Of a stretch of DNA of 64,000 bases, positions 61,318 to 64,000 are shown piece by piece. The notes under the pieces were generated by a model that saw only the letters and a list, made by a program, of their open reading frames with translations, had not been told where the DNA came from and made no database searches. This DNA is from an uncultured Gammaproteobacteria bacterium (lineage in GTDB: Bacteria; Patescibacteriota; Patescibacteriia; Patescibacteriales; UBA12465). Position 1 is the first letter of the stretch. Every line of letters begins with the position of its first letter. Location: NCBI GenBank assembly GCA_964406935.1, contig CAYOTM010000001.1:11092-75091 (forward strand). The letters run 5' to 3'. A program made the translations under genes and the position numbers.

Positions 61318-62172
61318 TTATTTTTCATTATTATTTTCTAGTTCGGAAGCAACAATTACTTTAGCTGGTTTGAGCAAGCGACCATTCAATTTATAGCCAG
61401 GGGAAATTTCTTTAACCACTGCCCCTCCTTGTCCTTCAATTGCCTCCATAGTGTGATGATCAAATTGAGCACCAACGGTAGAAATTTCTTCAACTCCGTG
61501 ACTATTTAAAACTTCTTTAAATTGCCGTAAAACATGGTTAACTCCTGCCACCCAAGCATTATCCTGTTCAGCTGGCGGCAAGGAAGAAATTGATAATTTT
61601 AAATGATCATAAACGGGTAATAATTCATGCAAAAAATCATTTAAAGCAAACTTAGCAAATTCTTCTTTTTCTCGATTAGTTTTTTTCAATAAATTCTGAT
61701 AATCAGCTAAAGACCGCTGATATTTATCTTGATAATCTTCAGCTTGAACAGCTTGACAACTAAGCCAGTGCTTAATTAAATTGCTAGTCAAATCAGAAAT
61801 TTTTAAAGTAGTTAATTCTTGTTCATCTTTTAACCACCGATACCGCGTTTCATCCAACTTATCAGTCAATTTTTTATCATCAACGGCCACCGCAAAATTT
61901 AAAGAAATTAATGATTTATCTGACGAATAATCAGTAAGATTAAGATTATCTAAATTAGTGATAAATTCAATTTTTTCTGGCTTAAAACCAAAGTGCTCAG
62001 CAAAAATTCTATCAACTGCTTGTTCAATTGTTTCCCCTAACACAACCCGATCAGAGATTAATGACCAATCTTTATCTGCTTGATGATTTTTAGTTAATAA
62101 TACTTCTGGCTTATTATTATAAGGCAAAATATTAATAATTAACTGGGAATTTAAGTGTTTTTTTTCAATCAT
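61318..62172 (-). CDS. grpE: GrpE nucleotide-exchange factor with an N-terminal ~130-aa extension carrying a degenerate MutT-like Nudix box
   Basis: C-terminus FDHHTMEAIEG and GYKLNGRLLKPAKVIV are GrpE hallmarks. N-terminus LGETIEQAVDRIFAEHFGF against E. coli MutT GETPEQAVVRELQEEVGI. Confidence 0.8.
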   Translation of the reverse strand: MIEKKHLNSQLIINILPYNNKPEVLLTKNHQADKDWSLISDRVVLGETIEQAVDRIFAEHFGFKPEKIEFITNLDNLNLTDYSSDKSLISLNFAVAVDDKKLTDKLDETRYRWLKDEQELTTLKISDLTSNLIKHWLSCQAVQAEDYQDKYQRSLADYQNLLKKTNREKEEFAKFALNDFLHELLPVYDHLKLSISSLPPAEQDNAWVAGVNHVLRQFKEVLNSHGVEEISTVGAQFDHHTMEAIEGQGGAVVKEISPGYKLNGRLLKPAKVIVASELENNNEK

Positions 62173-62188
62173 AGGTGTTTAATAACAA

Positions 62189-62875
62189 TTATTTTAATTT
62201 TTCTTGAATCAAAGATAAAAGAGCTGCATTATGGCCATAATTCATTCGCATTGGACCTAAAATTCCACATAAACCAGAGTGATTCTTTTGACGATATTTT
62301 ATCATTGTTGTTCCTAAAAAAGGCCCAAAGGGATTATTAGTGCCGACTTTAAAATACAAGCCATCAGCTAATTCATCAAACAACTTGTCAATAATTTCTT
62401 CCATTCGATCAATTACTAAAGAAACATCATAAACAGCTTCTGATTGTTTAAACTCTGGTTGCATAAAAATATTAGACAAACCAGTATAATACAAATCATT
62501 TTTATGGAAGGCCCAAAAAATAGCATTACCGGCTAAATCTGCTAAAACTTTAGCTGTATTGCGTAAATCCCGATTTAAAGTATCTAAAGACTCAGCTACA
62601 CGACTAGCTTCGATAGTTTTTAGCTCGGGCAAATGATCACCTAAAGCTTCAATTTCCAATAAATAAGCCGCCTCGGTTGGCACTCTTCCGGCTGAGGTGT
62701 GCGGTTGATAAATGTAGCCTGATTCCTCAAGGGCCATTAAATCATTGCGAATAGTCGCTGGTGAGACCCCTAAGCGATAATTAGCGGCCAATCCTCCAGA
62801 GGACACTGGTTGACCAGTTTTGACATACTCTTTAATTAGAGTCCGCAAAATTAATTGTTGACGATTTTGACTCAT
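62189..62875 (-). CDS. hrcA: heat-inducible transcription repressor HrcA
   Basis: QRQQLILRTLIKEYVKTGQPVSSGGLA...ATIRNDLMALEESGYIYQPHTSAGRVPT. Confidence 0.85.
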   Translation of the reverse strand: MSQNRQQLILRTLIKEYVKTGQPVSSGGLAANYRLGVSPATIRNDLMALEESGYIYQPHTSAGRVPTEAAYLLEIEALGDHLPELKTIEASRVAESLDTLNRDLRNTAKVLADLAGNAIFWAFHKNDLYYTGLSNIFMQPEFKQSEAVYDVSLVIDRMEEIIDKLFDELADGLYFKVGTNNPFGPFLGTTMIKYRQKNHSGLCGILGPMRMNYGHNAALLSLIQEKLK

Positions 62876-62905
62876 ATATTTTTGATATTGTTATTATAAA
62901 AAAAA

Positions 62906-62932
62906 TTAGCACTCAAGTCAAGAGAGTGCTAA
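62906..62932. promoter_or_regulatory. CIRCE operator (perfect consensus) upstream of hrcA-grpE-hsp20-dnaK-dnaJ
   Basis: TTAGCACTC-aagtcaaga-GAGTGCTAA. Confidence 0.8.
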
Positions 62933-62952
62933 TTATTGAAAATTCACAGGTT

Positions 62953-63429
62953 TTACTCACTAAGATAATCAAAGTTATTATTATTTTTTAAATCTACCAT
63001 TTCGCTAACTAAAAAATTACGCTCAGCTCGATAAATAATTGAATAAAAACGAGGCGGTAATTGATTAATAAAACAGTCTGATACTAGATGAACAAATAAA
63101 GCCAGGGAAGCGGTAATCATAACGGCTTTGAAAATTTTGGATTGTTCTGATAAAAAAGCAACTACCAGCCCTAAAACAACCCACTCCCAAGCATGAAAAT
63201 AGAGAAAAAATTGACCACTATCAATAAATTGGCGACTAGCTAAAAATCCAGAAATATCAAAAGATTTAAAATGAAATAAATATTGTAAGGCATGATCAAG
63301 GTCAACAAAAAAACCAGCTAAAATCGCCACCAACATCATCAGGGCAGGCATTTTAAAATAACGACCAGCTAAATAACCAACTAAGATAGCTAGTAAGGCA
63401 TGAATTGCTAAATGAAGACTTAAAGGCAT
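62953..63429 (-). CDS. membrane-bound metal-dependent hydrolase-like protein (YdjM/DUF457-like)
   Basis: 158 aa with 4 TM helices; VDLDH motif. Confidence 0.45.
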   Translation of the reverse strand: MPLSLHLAIHALLAILVGYLAGRYFKMPALMMLVAILAGFFVDLDHALQYLFHFKSFDISGFLASRQFIDSGQFFLYFHAWEWVVLGLVVAFLSEQSKIFKAVMITASLALFVHLVSDCFINQLPPRFYSIIYRAERNFLVSEMVDLKNNNNFDYLSE

Positions 63430-63435
63430 ATAAAA

Positions 63436-64000
63436 TTATTCTTGATGACGCTGAGAAAAATACCACTCTAAAATTTCTCGAGCAATCGGCACAGAGACTT
63501 CGCTTCCCTCTCTTCCCTCTTCGACTAAAATCACAAAGGCAATTTCCGGATCTTCATAGGGAGCAAAACCAGCGAACCAAGCATGAGGCGCTTTTTGACT
63601 AGACCACTGAGCGGTCCCAGTTTTACCAGCTACGGCAACTGGTAAATAGTTTAGAGATTGGGCGCTGCCAGCGGTAACTGTTTGCCGCATTCCTTCACGC
63701 ACAATACGTAAATTATTATTATCAATAAAATTTTGACGAATAATTTGGGGTTCAATGGTCTTAATTAATTGACCATCTTCACTAACAATTTTGGTTACTA
63801 AATGAGGTTGATATAAAGTACCACTAGCAATTGCGGCAATAAAATTAACAATCTGTAAGGGGGTGGTTAAAACATCGCCTTGGCCAATAGAAAAATGATA
63901 AGTATCACCAATATACCAAGGTTCTTTTTTTAATTCCTGTTTCCACTCTCGCGTAGGCACTAGACCACTGGCCTCACTATTTAAATCAACTCCTGATTTT
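63436..64000 (-). CDS. penicillin-binding protein (transpeptidase), C-terminal part; gene continues past the window end
   Basis: ...AVAGKTGTAQW (KTG motif) and the conserved transpeptidase C-terminal region; reading frame open to position 64000. Confidence 0.7.
   Translation of the reverse strand, partial: KSGVDLNSEASGLVPTREWKQELKKEPWYIGDTYHFSIGQGDVLTTPLQIVNFIAAIASGTLYQPHLVTKIVSEDGQLIKTIEPQIIRQNFIDNNNLRIVREGMRQTVTAGSAQSLNYLPVAVAGKTGTAQWSSQKAPHAWFAGFAPYEDPEIAFVILVEEGREGSEVSVPIAREILEWYFSQRHQE

Overview
AT-rich (~33-35% GC), gene-dense bacterial chromosomal window with about 60 protein genes, 3 tRNAs and short intergenic regions. The gene content and regulatory logic (CIRCE/HrcA heat-shock control, many stem-loop/T-run terminators, several fused genes, many large envelope proteins) fit a small-genome Gram-positive-like or Patescibacteria/CPR-like organism, but phylum cannot be settled by eye.

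Most of the window is housekeeping. It holds the complete F-type ATP synthase operon, groES-groEL, hrcA-grpE-hsp20-dnaK-dnaJ, clpB, def-fmt, dnaB, ybaB-recR, rplU, murA, galU, gatB, miaA-miaB, uppP, mltG and tatD.

The non-routine content, roughly in order of interest:
- A membrane-anchored Hsp100/Clp paralog whose first ATPase domain has lost the Walker A Thr and the Walker B Asp-Glu. It is co-transcribed with a small membrane protein and sits divergent from clpB across a CIRCE operator.
- A WecA/MraY-type transferase fused to a QueH-like (DUF208) CCAPC...CGC Fe-S domain.
- A tRNA-Glu whose 3' end plus 20 bp of flank is duplicated as a 39-bp direct repeat bracketing a 180-bp GC-rich (~60%) structured insert.
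- A phage-T4-like deoxynucleotide module: dCMP deaminase, ThyA, a DHFR-family protein, a gp1-like dNMP kinase and a Tmk-dUTPase fusion protein.
- A GrpE carrying an N-terminal MutT-like but degenerate Nudix box.
- An ATP synthase c subunit with a complete Na+-binding signature.
- Two secreted proteins built from related ~50-aa repeats, one with a near-identical 110-bp intragenic duplication.
- An envelope glycan locus: galU, three GT2 genes, DUF167 and a phosphodiester glycosidase.

Three CIRCE operators place groESL, hrcA-dnaK and clpB plus the Clp paralog in one HrcA regulon. No CRISPR array, transposase, integrase or recognisable defence gene is visible.
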